This document shows, piece after piece, positions 11,363-22,708 of a stretch of DNA of 64,000 bases. The DNA is from Octopus bimaculoides. Taxonomy: Eukaryota. A model generated the notes under the pieces. The model was not told the origin of the DNA, did no database searches, and saw only the letters and a program-made list of their open reading frames with translations. The translations under genes and the position numbers were made by a program. The stretch's first letter is position 1, and every line of letters begins with the position of its first letter. The DNA lies in NCBI RefSeq assembly GCF_001194135.2, contig NC_068984.1:137700165-137764164 (forward strand), in the 5' to 3' direction.

Positions 11363-12570
11363 ATGACATTGGCACAAATAAGAAAAAAAAAAAAAGCAAA
11401 TAAACGTCAGTCAATAATTTCTTTCCACCAAAATGACCTAACAATACGTGATATTGTTGTTAAAGGCATTGCACCTGAAAGAAATATGTACAGGATTATA
11501 GAAACCGTTCAAAGAGACAGGATCCATGACGGTGAAGGAAGCCCCTGGTCATCAACGTCTGTCCTCTGACCGCCAAGACAGAGCATTGGTGTGACATTCA
11601 TCGAGGAATCGAAGTGTTGGCAGCAAACAGCTTATTAAAGAGTGGGAACCAGCCAGTGTCAATGCTTCAGCTTGGGCTGTTCCACGACGACTTCTTGACA
11701 ACGATCTCGCTTCAAGGAGTGCTACAAGAAAACCTTTTTCCGTTCAAGAAAAACGTGAGGGACAAGCTTGCTTTTGCAGAAAATATGAAAACTGGTTTTG
11801 TGAACAATGGGACAAAGTGATTTTTTCAGATGAAGCACCGTTTCAATTGTTTGGGACATCTGGAAAAAGGCTCGTCTGAAAGCAACAAGGTGAGCGCTAT
11901 GATGAGGCCTGCATCGTGCCCACGGTCAAGTATCCAGAAACCATTCATGTGTGGGGTTGCTTTTCATCCAAGGGCGTTGGATCACTGTCAGTTTTGCCGA
12001 AAAGACTTCTATGAATTCCAAATGGTACCAAAATATCCTTGAGAACCATTTCCTTCCAACCGTTGAGTGGCAGTTTGGCGAAGAAACTTGCATTTTCAAA
12101 CAAGATGGAGCACTTTGCCACACTGCTAAAAAGATTGAAAAGTGTCTTGGAGATAAAGGTATTGAAATTTTGAAGCCTTGGCCGGGAAATTCTCTGGATT
12201 TAAATCCTATTGAAAATTTGTGGACCATCCTTAAAATCCGAGTTGAAAGAGAAAAGCCAACAAATATTGAATAGCCAAAAGCTCTCGTACAGCAAGAATG
12301 GAAGCCTGTAAACATAGAACTGACTCAGAACTGACTCATAAAATGTTTAATTAATAAATCCAAGATTATATAATGCTGATGAATTCTAAAACGAATGAAA
12401 TGGTGCTATGCATGATTACTTCCGACGAGAAATTTTAAGAACTTCATATGTAAAATGTACAGCGAGAATGGAGGTCTGTAAACATAGAACTGACTCAGTG
12501 ATTGGTTTCCAACATGCCCAAACTAATCATGGATGTCTCGAATAATAGGGGTCGCCACTGCAAATATTGA
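11363..12570 (+). pseudogene. Transposase pseudogene (HTH + DDE) with frameshifts, stops and an internal insert
   Basis: KRQSIISFHQ..IAPERNMYRII..FKETGS; WDKVIFSDE (D at 11829), PTVKYPETIHVWGCF, QDG (D at 12104), WPGNSLDLNPIENLW (E at 12212), C-terminus RGRHCKY* (stop 12568-12570). Confidence 0.9.
12370..12416 (+). ncRNA. Degenerate minimal type I hammerhead ribozyme motif
   Basis: ATAATG-CTGATGA-ATTC-TAAAAC-GAAT-GAAA-TGG-TG-CTA-TG-CATGAT: both core motifs, a 4-bp stem II and a 5/6-bp stem I. The cleavage position is G (non-H). Confidence 0.5.
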
Positions 12571-12844
12571 GAGGAAGACGAATAACTGTATATCACGCCT
12601 TACTATTGTTCATATGGTTTGTAAACATTAATAATTCAAAGAAAGAAAGAAGCAAAGCAATGCTTAAAACAAGGTAAAGTAATGATAAAAATAATAACCA
12701 TAATAACATAGCAAGAATTATCATGTTAATAATCCGAAAATTCTCGAAGAATTTTGTCATTTCAGGATCAGCATATATTTTTCTAACTAAATACGGAAGA
12801 AATACTGTCCGGCACTCTCATAATTCGGCCAGGTGGTCGGCTGG

Positions 12845-13033
12845 CACAAGGCCATCAATTTCGGGTGAGGAGCTAAGTCGATTACATCGACCCCCAGTAC
12901 TCAATTAGAACTTATTTTATCAACCCCGAAAGGATGAAAGGCAAAGTCGACCTCGGCAGAATTTGAACTCAGAACGTAAAGACAGACTAAGTATTTTGCA
13001 TGGCTTGCTGACAATTTTGCCAGCTCGCTGTCT
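12845..13033 (-). mobile_element. SINE family A
   Basis: Core CCCCGAAAGGATGAAAGGCAAAGTCGACCTCGG and head GCCAGCTCGC. Confidence 0.8.
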
Positions 13034-13048
13034 TAATAATAATAATAA

Positions 13049-13089
<41 letters not shown>

Positions 13090-13108
13090 TTAATCATAAT
13101 AATAATAA

Positions 13109-13231
13109 GCTCCAGAAAACAGTGTTATTAGGGACAGCTAGGATACTTAGGAGGGTTCTTGGCATCTAAGGTTACTTGCTGTAGACCGATGTTAGGAAGT
13201 TTTCTTTTCCAACAGTCTAATCTGTTGTATG
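13109..13231 (+). mobile_element. R4/Dong-type non-LTR retrotransposon, extreme 3' end, between (TAA)n arrays
   Basis: KLQKTVLLGTARILRRVLGI* C-terminal signature; TAA repeats on both sides. Confidence 0.7.
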
Positions 13232-13255
13232 AATAATAATAATAATAATAATAAT

Positions 13256-13602
13256 GTGCAATCGAACACCGTCGGTCGGATATTGTCATATTGAATAAGA
13301 GAGACAAATGCTGTCAGATCATCGATGTAGCCATACAAAATGACATGAATGTCGTGGGTAAAGAGGTTGAAGAAATCACCAAGGGCTCCGAATTGAAAGT
13401 GGAAATGGCAAAAGTGTATGGGATGCGATAGGGTAATGTAAAAGTGATACCAGGCAACTGGAAATCCCATGCAAGATTGATGTCTTGCAAAAAGCAGCCT
13501 TATTGGGAACAGCGCACATCTTAAGAAAAGTATTATCTGTCTGAGGTCCTTGTTGTGACTTGACAGATGACTAAAGACTCCGGTGCATTTTTACTTACAC
13601 TG
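13256..13602 (+). mobile_element. R4/Dong-type non-LTR 3' fragment (restriction-like endonuclease region)
   Basis: HRRSDIVIL..IIDVAI..KVIP..LQKAALLGTAHILRKVLSV*; same subfamily as 22360-22678; flanked by (TAA)n. Confidence 0.85.
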
Positions 13603-13659
13603 TAATAATAATAATAATAATAATAATAATCATGATGATGATGATAATGATGATGATGT

Positions 13660-13850
13660 TGGTTTCTGGACTTGGATATAAATGTATCACTTTTGAGGAG
13701 AAGGGAGTCTCATCGATATCTTGCTCCACTCCCCACGCAGCACTTAACTGATTCTTTACTTTAACGACCCCAGTAAGATGAAAAGCAAAGTTGATCTTGG
13801 CTGGATTTGAACACAAAACGTAAGAAATACCGTTAAAGCATTTCTTCCGG
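13660..13850 (-). mobile_element. SINE family A, degenerate
   Basis: GATGAAAAGCAAAGTTGATCTTGGCTGGATTTGAAC; trinucleotide tail toward 13603. Confidence 0.6.
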
Positions 13851-14589
13851 CACTTTAAGGGCGAAAATATACAGTAGATATTGTAAAATATTTAGTCCAA
13901 TAAGAAATAGAAAAAAACAAAAAAACAACAACAAAAAGCTAAAATAAATGTATGAATAAATAAATAAATAAATAGATAAAAATGCAGAAACCGAGAAGGA
14001 GGGAAATAAAAGTAAAACCCACAAATAAATAATTGGAAGTTGGCAGAATGAAAAAGGAAATTACCATGACATAAAATCAAAGAGGACTTTATTGCTATCT
14101 GTGTAGACATAAGCTAATGTAAAACGACACAAACTAACCGCATCACCTCCATATTTCCCAAGTCAACACCATTACGGAGAACGTAAACCAACTCAACAAT
14201 AACGCTAATAATTCAGTATATGCTAGGTAAATACTCGATGGGTTTGCTGAAGGAAAAAAAATACTTCCATGTAGGCGTCATCAGAGTTAGGCATAGCTTG
14301 TATGTATTACTGGAACATATTTCCACTGCTGATTCGCGAATACTATGATTGTTACGCCAAAAGAGAAAACGCACACACACACACGTACACGTAGTACACG
14401 TACATATACGCGCGCGTGCACATGCGTATAATATACATACATGAAAAGAAAACTCACACCATGCGTCTACAATGCTTCTATTTTCCTTCAACTCATAGTA
14501 TACATACGTATATATATATATATATATATNNNNNNNNNNNATAAAAGATGATTTCTGATATAGGCAAAAGCTTCGGGTTTCTATTGGAG

Positions 14590-14626
14590 AGCTACACACA
14601 CGCACGCACGCACGCACTCACATGCA

Positions 14627-14660
<34 letters not shown>

Positions 14661-15050
14661 TGCACGTACGCACGCACGCGTACACACACATACGGCCAGA
14701 CACATACACACACACGCACGTACGCACACACATACACATACGCACGCGCGCGCACATACACATGGCCACACGCAGACACATACACACACGCGCACACGCA
14801 AGCACACACATACAACCACACACACATACACATACACGCGCACACACGCATACACACATGCACTCACACGCACATACACAGACACACACGGCCACATACA
14901 AACATATACACACACACACAGACATGCATATACACACGCACTCACGCACACATTCACACGTACATACATACACACACGCACACACACACGGTCACACACA
15001 GACACACATACACACACACACACACGCACGCACACGCGCGTACACGCACA
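14590..15050. repeat. Complex CA/CG/TA-interrupted (CA)n low-complexity tract
   Basis: About 460 bp of alternating purine-pyrimidine sequence; generates the HT/CV ORFs. Confidence 0.9.
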
Positions 15051-16339
15051 AAACCGAAACCAATCACGCAAACGTCAGAGATGTCTTCTAGACATCATTA
15101 GGATCACAAAATCGATAAGTGATATTACGGAACCGAATTTATTAAGAACACATTAATTAGACATTTGATCTCTGAATATTTTATTAAAACCCTAAGGGAT
15201 CTCGATCGATTTCAGGAAAAATGGTGAAGAAATATTGCGATATGAAGTAACCGTTACACAAAGTCAGATTTAATAGGGAGGTAAACAGGTGATTAGGTTA
15301 CTAAAGACTATATGCGCTAATTTGTGAATAGTACCACTAAGAGCCCCTTTCCCACAAAAAACGTCAAATAAAAAAAATATAAGGAAAACATGGCCTACAT
15401 CTGTAAAAGCAAAATGACAATTGCTTTTATTATGTTACCGCACGAATCCGACTAGTTACAAAATCCTCATCTTGTTACAATAGCCCGGAGCGTGGATCTG
15501 CAGTGGAGATTTAAAGAGAGAAACAGAGTTGGTGACTGCTGAAGATCAAGCCTTAAAACTTATTTAATGAGTGGACGTATACATTTCACTGTATCAACGA
15601 ATAAGTGCCGCCATTGTAATTATTAGATGGGAAATATTAGCCGTATTGTGTAGCAGGACGCAAAATGTATGTCAGGGCAGAAAGAATACAAGAAGCGTTG
15701 TGATAAGGATTATCTGAATTTACACGGGTTACTTTGTTAAAAAAACACCGATGTAGCATGTTAAACAAGTTGTACAAATATGTACTAGAAAAATATTTTT
15801 AAAACTCCAAAACAAAACAAAACTTATATTTGTCAATACAAGTTTGTAAACTTTTATAACAACGAACAAATACAATTGAAATTAAACATTTAGGAGTATA
15901 CGTAGATGGTATTGCGAGATACAATCTGCCTCATGGTCTCGGTGGAAAAAATGGAAAAAGCGTTGTCTCGAAAGATAGCAAGGAAGACGCCCTGGAATAA
16001 TCACTTCGTCTTCCGGGCCTCCCACTTGCTGAAAGCCATCTCTGCCCCAGGTCTCCACTGTCATAGACTCAGCTACAAATCTGTCAAAGCGTGGTTGATA
16101 CTTTGACAGTTTGCCTTTCTCTGCGTGACGAGCAGAGAAGCCTGGGTTGAGAGCCGAACAAACCGGGTTGCGACTGGAAAAGATATTGCAATATGCGGCA
16201 CCTCAGCTGAGGGGCCTGTCACCGTGGATCGGTAAAACTGTCATGCTGTATGGCCTCTGTCCAGCTCCACTTCCACGAGCTGGGAAAGGAAGAACAGTTT
16301 GTAAATAAATCTAAGTCAAAAATTCTGTAGGATTTTGAC

Positions 16340-16690
16340 ATTCAACAAGACAGGACATCTGAAAACCGAAGATCAAATAAAAACGGCATAAAAAAAGAGA
16401 ATGTCTCATAACAGGCGTTGCAATATTGCAGAGAAGGAAGTTGTTAGACCTCAGAATCTATTAATTTAAGAGTCAAGAATGTAGAAATGTCAGACAGCTA
16501 AAGTGAAAGTTATGGCTGTTATCATCGGAGCATTACATAAACTTTCCCGGAAATAACTTTACCTACCGAAACAGCAAGACATCAAGCCAGATAACTAAGT
16601 ACTCCAAACAACTTCTTGGAACACCTCAAATTCTTTGGAAGGTACTTTTGGTCTAAGGTCTTTTATTAAGGCTTGGAAGTTAGCATGAAG
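16340..16690 (+). mobile_element. Degenerate R4/Dong-type 3' fragment
   Basis: VKVMAVIIGAL and LLGTPQILWKVLLV* remnants. Confidence 0.5.
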
Positions 16691-16784
16691 TATAAACAAT
16701 AAAGCCATTATATTTTATCCATTATTCGTTTAGGCGGCAAGATTGTTGCGTTTCTTCTGGTTCTTAATGTTTCGTGTCATAAAA

Positions 16785-16934
16785 AGAACTCTGCTGAGTT
16801 CGACGTTGCCGTTCATCCTTCTGAAGTCGATAAAATAAGTACCAGTTGAACACTGGAGCCGAAGTAATTGACTAGTACCCTCCCCTAAAACTTCAGGCTT
16901 TGTGCCTATCGTAGGAAGGATTACTATTATTATT
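16785..16934 (+). mobile_element. SINE family A, 3' part with ATT tail
   Basis: TTCATCCTTCTGAAGTCGATAAAATAAGTACCAGTTG..GGCTTTGTGCCT..GGAAGGATTACTATTATT. Confidence 0.65.
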
Positions 16935-17181
16935 GCTCAGTAGTTTTATTTTTATAACGTGCTTTCACTTCACTACCGAGCGCAGCTCTGTGTGCCTTGG
17001 GTATGTGCTGTGGTTTGCTGTGATGCTCTTATGGTTACTGTATTGAAAGTGTTTTACGTAGGATGTGTGCAGTGCCCAGTAGTGCAATTTTCTGTATGTT
17101 ATATATATTTATAAGTCCTGGTGTTTTTGTTATGTATTTGTCTGAATATTTTTTTATTATACCTAAGGCACCTACTATGAT
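16935..17181 (-). mobile_element. R4/Dong-type 3' fragment, 5'-truncated
   Basis: Near-identical to 22709-22960; encodes IVGALGIIKKYSDKYITKTPGL..IQKIALLGTAHILRKTLSIQ*. Confidence 0.85.
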
Positions 17182-17221
17182 ATCATTATTATTATTATTA
17201 TTATTATTTTATTATTGCGAA

Positions 17222-17345
17222 GGCGGCGAGCTGGCAGAATTGATAGCATGTCGGGGAAAATGTTAGTCGGTATTTCGTCCGTCTTTACATTGAGTTCAGA
17301 ATTCACCGAGGTCAACTTTGTCTTTCATTCTTGCGAGGTCGATAG
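17222..17345 (+). mobile_element. SINE family A, 5' half, interrupted
   Basis: GGCGGCGAGCTGGCAGAATTG..TTTGTCTTTCATTC, then unrelated GC-rich sequence. Confidence 0.7.
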
Positions 17346-17622
17346 AAGAAGGCGTTTCTTTGACAATGAGCTGGTGTGGGCGTTGTTTGTCAAACTCACT
17401 TCTTCGCTGCTTGTATTTCTGGCTGAGCAGTAGTCCTGGATGAAGCGTAGACCGCGGCAGGGTGTTTGGCACCTAGGATGCTGCCAGGCGCTTATAATTA
17501 TCTGCCAGTCGGGCAATGCAGTCGGTGAAAGTTCCACTTTGCCTCCCATAAGGCTTAGTGGCGGTCCAGCGCGATGACGGTCTGAGGTCATTGTAGTCGA
17601 CTAGCTCCAATCCCTCTGCCTA

Positions 17623-18029
17623 TACTCTTTTACTCTTTTACTTGTTTAAGTCATTTGATTGCGGCCATGCTGGAGCACCACCTTCAGTCGAGCAAATCGA
17701 CCCCAGGGCTTATTCTTTGTAAGCCTAGTACTTATTCTATGGGTCTCTTTTGCCGAACCGCTAAGTTACGGGGACGTAAACACACCAGCATCGGTTGTCA
17801 AGCGATGTTGGGGGGACAAACACACAGACACATACACCCCCCCACACACATATAGACATACATACATACATATATACGACGGGCTTCTTTCAGTTTCCGT
17901 CTACCAAATCCACTCACAAGGCTTTGGTCGGCCCGTGGCTATAGTAGAAGACACTTGCCCAAGGTGCCACGCAGTGGGACTGAACTCGGAACCATGTGGT
18001 TTGTAAGCAAGCTACTTACCACACAGCCA
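17623..18029 (-). mobile_element. SINE family B, near full length
   Basis: (TACTCTTT)n tail, internal CA/TA repeat, tRNA-like head. Confidence 0.9.
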
Positions 18030-18474
18030 ATTCGACTTTCATATCCCTCAGTGAGTGCATTTTGAGAATTAATGTTTTCTGTCCGTTTAATTGTTTGTTG
18101 TATTCGGTGTATTACAGTTTGGTTGCGCATCTTCTTTCGAAAGTCAGTTTACTTTAGATATTTAAAAAAGAAATATTGTTGTTTGATGAAGAAGAAAGAG
18201 TGGTGATAGAAGACAGAAAGAAGAATGGAAGTGGAAGAAACGTCACTTCATATTTACGAAAGCAAGTTTTGTCCCAGTGTTTCAAAGTTCGTAAGACAAT
18301 ATTAACGCAAGCATCGTCGTCTCCGACAGCAGCAGTAGCACCAACAAACAGCAACACCGTTATCAATCATTACCACGATCGTGTATAGCAGTAGAACAGT
18401 ATAAAAGCTGGAACAAGCGATACAAAAATACACGCAAAGACAAAAAATTGTAACTGTCTTTTGTAGCAACACCA

Positions 18475-18620
18475 GTGCAGAGGTGTGTGGCTTAGTGGTT
18501 AATGGTCGTAAAATTAAGGGTTCGATTCTGGGATCGGGCGTTGCATTGTGTTCTTGAATAATACCCTTCATTTCATTGTTGTTCTAGTCCTCTCAACTAG
18601 CAAAAAATGAGTCATATGAG
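18475..18620 (+). mobile_element. SINE family E, degenerate 5' part
   Basis: GTGTGGCTTAGTGGTTA..GGTTCGATTCTGG..GCGTTGCATTGTGTTCTTGA. Confidence 0.55.
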
Positions 18621-18750
18621 CAAGTCGGCGATGGATGGGGAACATGTCAACAAAACAAACAGAAGGCCTCGGTAGGAACGAGAACTTCTGGATTGACAGA
18701 AGTTTTAGATGTTAACTTTTTTTTTTTTCATCACCACCTATGCCACTCCT

Positions 18751-19041
18751 GTGGAGGCGCAATGGCCCAGTGGTTAGGGCAGCGGTCGGAGGATCGCGGT
18801 TTCGATTCCCAGACCGGGCGTTGTGAGTGTTTATTGAGCGAAAACACCTAAGCGCCACGAGGCTCCGGCAGTGGATGGTGGCGACCCCTGTTGTACTCTT
18901 CCGCCCCAACTTTCTCTCATTCTTTCTTCCTGTTTCTTGCGATGGACTGGCGTCCCGTCCAACTGGTGGGGAACACATACGCTATAGAAACCGGGAAACC
19001 GGGCCCATGAACCTGGGTAGGCTTTGCAAGGGCGACGTTTA
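18751..19041 (+). mobile_element. Chimeric SINE: family C 5' half plus family E 3' half
   Basis: 18751-18937 matches C copies; 18938-19041 matches the E tail at 6284-6385. Confidence 0.8.
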
Positions 19042-19349
19042 TCGTTTATGCCTCTACTATCACATCCACTGTAGCTGCTGGTATACTAGTAGCAGAAAAG
19101 CACCATCACCATCACCATCACCAGCAAAAAGCAACATGACAACAGCTACAGTATAGGTCTCTCTAGTAAAAAGAAAAGAAAATCAAAGAGAGGCCAATAG
19201 GATCGCAGTAGACATAGAGCTTGAGTCATGGAAGAAACAACTAAGAACAGGGTTTTATATTGATGTGTGGCGGGTAAGAAACGGGTGGAATGGTACACAC
19301 AAGCTTAGGTGGGAAATTACTTGAGGGGCGTTGAAGCAAAAAGCAGTCC

Positions 19350-19620
19350 GTCGCTCGCAGAAGTCGATATGGGACAACAGAGGTGCATTTCCATTCCTCT
19401 TAAAAAGGAATCGATCAAAAAGATGATAGACACTTTCCCTCCATCTTTTATACAAATTCTTATATTTTCAAGTTCTACTTTGAGAAGAAATTGAGGGGAG
19501 GAGGTTCTGTCCTTCAGGGAATTTACTAAAAGGTGGGTGAAAGTAGAGAGAATGACTCGTGTGAATGAGCTTACTCTCTGTATGTGCTTTATCCTTGGGA
19601 GAGACTTGCCTTTGGTGGTG
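19350..19620 (+). mobile_element. Possible L1/Tx1-like LINE 3' remnant
   Basis: IFKFYFEKKLR / EEVLSFREFTKRWVKVERMTRVNE resembles Tx1-type ORF2 ends; motif memory only. Confidence 0.3.
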
Positions 19621-19856
19621 AGTTTCATTTGTAGGGGGTTCCTTGATTAACCGAAGCATCAGATTTTATCTCTTTTGTGTACTTTGATTTCTATGCGCGT
19701 AAACAACCACTGGTGGTTTTTGTGTGATTTGTTTTATACTGTTCAATTTGTGACACATAAAAAGAAATTGTTGTTGTAGTTGTGTGTGTTGGATGGACCG
19801 CATTTTGTCTTGCGCAAAATTAGTTGTTTTTGTTTGAAATACTTCGTTTTGTTTAT

Positions 19857-20104
19857 TACTCTTTTACTCTTTTTTACTTTTTTTGAGTGATTTGACCGAG
19901 GCTATGCTGCAGCACCGCCTTTGGTCGAGCAAATCGACCCCAGGACTTATTCTTTGTAAGCCTAGTACTTATTCTATCGGTTCTTTTGCCGAACCGCTAA
20001 GTTACGGGGACGGAAACACACCAGCATCGGTTGTCAAGCGATGTTGGGGGGACAAACACAGACACACAAACATATACACACACATACATACATACATACA
20101 TACA

Positions 20105-20138
<34 letters not shown>

Positions 20139-20237
20139 CGACGGGCTTCTTTCAGTTTCCTCTATCAAACCCACTCACAAGGCTTTGGTTGGCCCGAGGC
20201 TATAGCAGAAGACACTTGCCCAAGGTGCCACGCAGTG
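19857..20237 (-). mobile_element. SINE family B lacking about 50 nt of its head
   Basis: Tail and body match family B; ends at GCCACGCAGTG abutting LINE sequence. Confidence 0.9.
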
Positions 20238-21296
20238 AATATACTGTGTTGCTCTAACATGCCTGTTGCGATACTCTGTACGCGCAAGAAGACTGCACAT
20301 AGGGACAACATGATCAATGGTTTAATTTTGTTGTTGACATACACGACATGTTGGGAAGCTGGCGTTCTTTAATATGCTGGCAGGCAGCTTCTTGCAGGTA
20401 GGCATTTATCTTGGGCTGCTATGATAAACCCTTCTGTTTCTGATTTTAAGCCAGAAGACACTAACCATTGATGGGAAAGGGCTTTGTCGCCATCGGCATT
20501 ATTAGCTCTCTGCGTATTTGCCATTCAGGCGGTAGTTTTAGCACGGGTTGTTTCCAGTACGTCTAGTTCTGGGATTTGTTGTATTTGGAATTCACTTAGA
20601 TATTCCTTTGCCTGTTTTGTTACTGAGTATGATGTTTTCTTGTTTTCATGCTTTAAGACAAGTTTTCACATCCAGTCATCAGAGCTTTTCAGGCAGGTGT
20701 TTAGGCCAATTATGGCAATCTTCATTGTTGATGTTAATCCCAGCTGTAAAAGTCGACGGCCTCCCTCTTTTCTTAGCAGGTAAAGTCGGTTTATATCTGC
20801 CTTAGAGTGGTGCAATCTATGCATTGTCAACAATCTTCGTATTTTTCTGTCAAGATTACATATTTCAGTAATTGACCAATTAATGATCTTGAGACTGTAA
20901 GTCACGACCAGTATGGCTAAAGTATTGATCACTTCGATCCTGTTTCATGCACTCAGCTCTGCCTTGAGTATTGTCCTTACCCTACGATAACATTCTCTTC
21001 TGACCCTTTCCCTCATCACTGAATGTTAGATTCCATCACCTTCAAATATCCATAGGTATTGGTAGCTATCCGCTGGTTCTAACTCCTCTATGACATTTTG
21101 CTGGTCAAGATTAATGTTGGACGTTTCTGTCATTTTTCCTTTGATAAAAGCAGCTTTTGCTCATTTATCGATGCCAAATTGCATCCTGGTGTCATCACTG
21201 AATTGTTTAACAATTGTTAGTGAGCCCTGTAATTGTTGGTCATATCTCTCATATTGATTTTTTCATCACTTGGGACTGTAAAGTCAATTATCTAGC
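20238..21296 (-). mobile_element. R4-clade non-LTR fragment (RT C-terminus and downstream region), decayed
   Basis: MQFGIDK, YQYLWIFE, INTLAILVVTYS, LDRKIRRLLTMHRLHH..RLYLLRKEGGR, SETEGFIIAAQD motifs. Confidence 0.85.
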
Positions 21297-21314
21297 ACTT
21301 TCTATTCTTTTTAT

Positions 21315-21385
<71 letters not shown>
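21315..21385. repeat. (CTA)n microsatellite between two R4 fragments
   Basis: Direct reading. Confidence 0.95.
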
Positions 21386-22250
21386 GGCTTCATTACTCTG
21401 TCAGTCTGAATGTTAAAGTTCCACATCTTGTATTTCTTACTTTCTAGTACTTTCCTAGGTCCATGTTCATACTGTTTATCAGCATGTTCAAATCCTAGCT
21501 TTCTGCATAGCTCCCAGTGGATTGCTCACCTTAGGTTGTCATGTCTTTTCTTGTATTCTTTCTGTGACAACCTGCTACATTCACTTACTATATGAGTAAT
21601 GCTTTCCTGTTTATTGGGAATCTACTCGGTTTTTGTTTATCTTGGCTTTTATCCAATTAGTTCTTAATGTTTGATCTTATGCAGCTATTAACAAAGTTTC
21701 TGTCTCCCTTTTCAGCTTTCCTTTCTACAATCATAGCCATGCCTCACTAATACTATTTGCTGCAACTATCTTTGAGAATCTACTATGCAACGCCTTCTCC
21801 TACCAGTTAAATAATTCCTTTTCTTTTTTCTGGTTTTTAACTTCGTTTAGGTTTTTGGTTTCTCAATGTCTTACTGTGACTCTAGTAGCTTTTAATAAAC
21901 TTTCTTTGCTATTATCTACATAAGAGTCTATATCTACTCTAGCTCACTCCACGCAGTCTTCTACTGATATTAACCCTCTTCCGCCTTCCTTTCTCGGTAA
22001 GTATAGTCCTGCTACTCCTGATCTTAGGTGGAGACCTTCATTCATATTGAATTCCTTCATAGTTCTTCTGTTTCACTTTGCTAACTGAGTTTTTGTTCAA
22101 TCAGTTCTGTTCAATCAGTTTTTGTTCAAAAGCTGCTGAGTATCTAAGTAATGATTCTGCCCAAATATTTACATCCTTCACTAGATTCGGACCGTTTAGC
22201 TTTGACTTCATTAGCTTCCTCACCTTTCTGATGTACACCATCTCAATTTT
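21386..22250 (-). mobile_element. R4-clade non-LTR fragment, second subfamily, decayed
   Basis: GLYLPRKEGGRGLISVED, LKRETETLLIAA*DQ, ESITHIVSECSRLSQKEYKKRHD, IHWELCRKLG, WNFNIQTDRV. Confidence 0.85.
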
Positions 22251-22261
22251 CATTTCCATTC

Positions 22262-22273
22262 ATATCATCATCA

Positions 22274-22352
<79 letters not shown>
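22262..22352. repeat. (CAT)n(TAT)n microsatellite
   Basis: Direct reading. Confidence 0.95.
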
Positions 22353-22354
<2 letters not shown>

Positions 22355-22359
22355 CTTCG

Positions 22360-22678
22360 CAACACAGTGTAGGTACAAATGCACCGGAGTCTTTAGTCCT
22401 CTGTTAAGTCACAACAAGGACCTCAGACAGATAATACTTTTCTTAAGATGTGCGCTGTTCCCAATAAGGCTGCTTTTTGCAAGATTTCCAGTTGCCTTAA
22501 GAAGTCTTGAAGTTTCAATGGGATTGAACCCAACGCTCAGATCACCACTGGTATCACTTTTACATTACCCTCTCGAATTCCATACAGTCTTGCCATTTCC
22601 ACTTTCAATTCGGAGTACTTGGTGATGTTTTCAACCTCTTTACTCACAACGTTCATATCATTTGGCATTCACTAGCGT
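22360..22678 (-). mobile_element. R4/Dong-type 3' fragment
   Basis: Reverse complement closely matches 13256-13602 (LQKAALLGTAHILRKVLSV* and the same 3' UTR). Confidence 0.85.
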
Positions 22679-22708
22679 AATAATAATAACATTATTATTA
22701 TTATTATT

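Larger units (their letters stand above)
11005..12570 (+). mobile_element. Tc1/mariner transposon, DD35E type (Traveler-like), right TIR not found
   Basis: TA at 11003-11004 then CAGTCATGGCCAATGATTTTGG (left TIR); decayed transposase from 11363 to 12570. Confidence 0.85.

Noticed and set aside
14548-15156. Overlapping long ORFs (HTHT/CVCV, up to 202 aa)
   Set aside because: Translations of a CA-rich low-complexity tract; the same applies to the IY/MY/poly-I/poly-N ORFs near 10667, 22078, 52150, 53514 and 63594.
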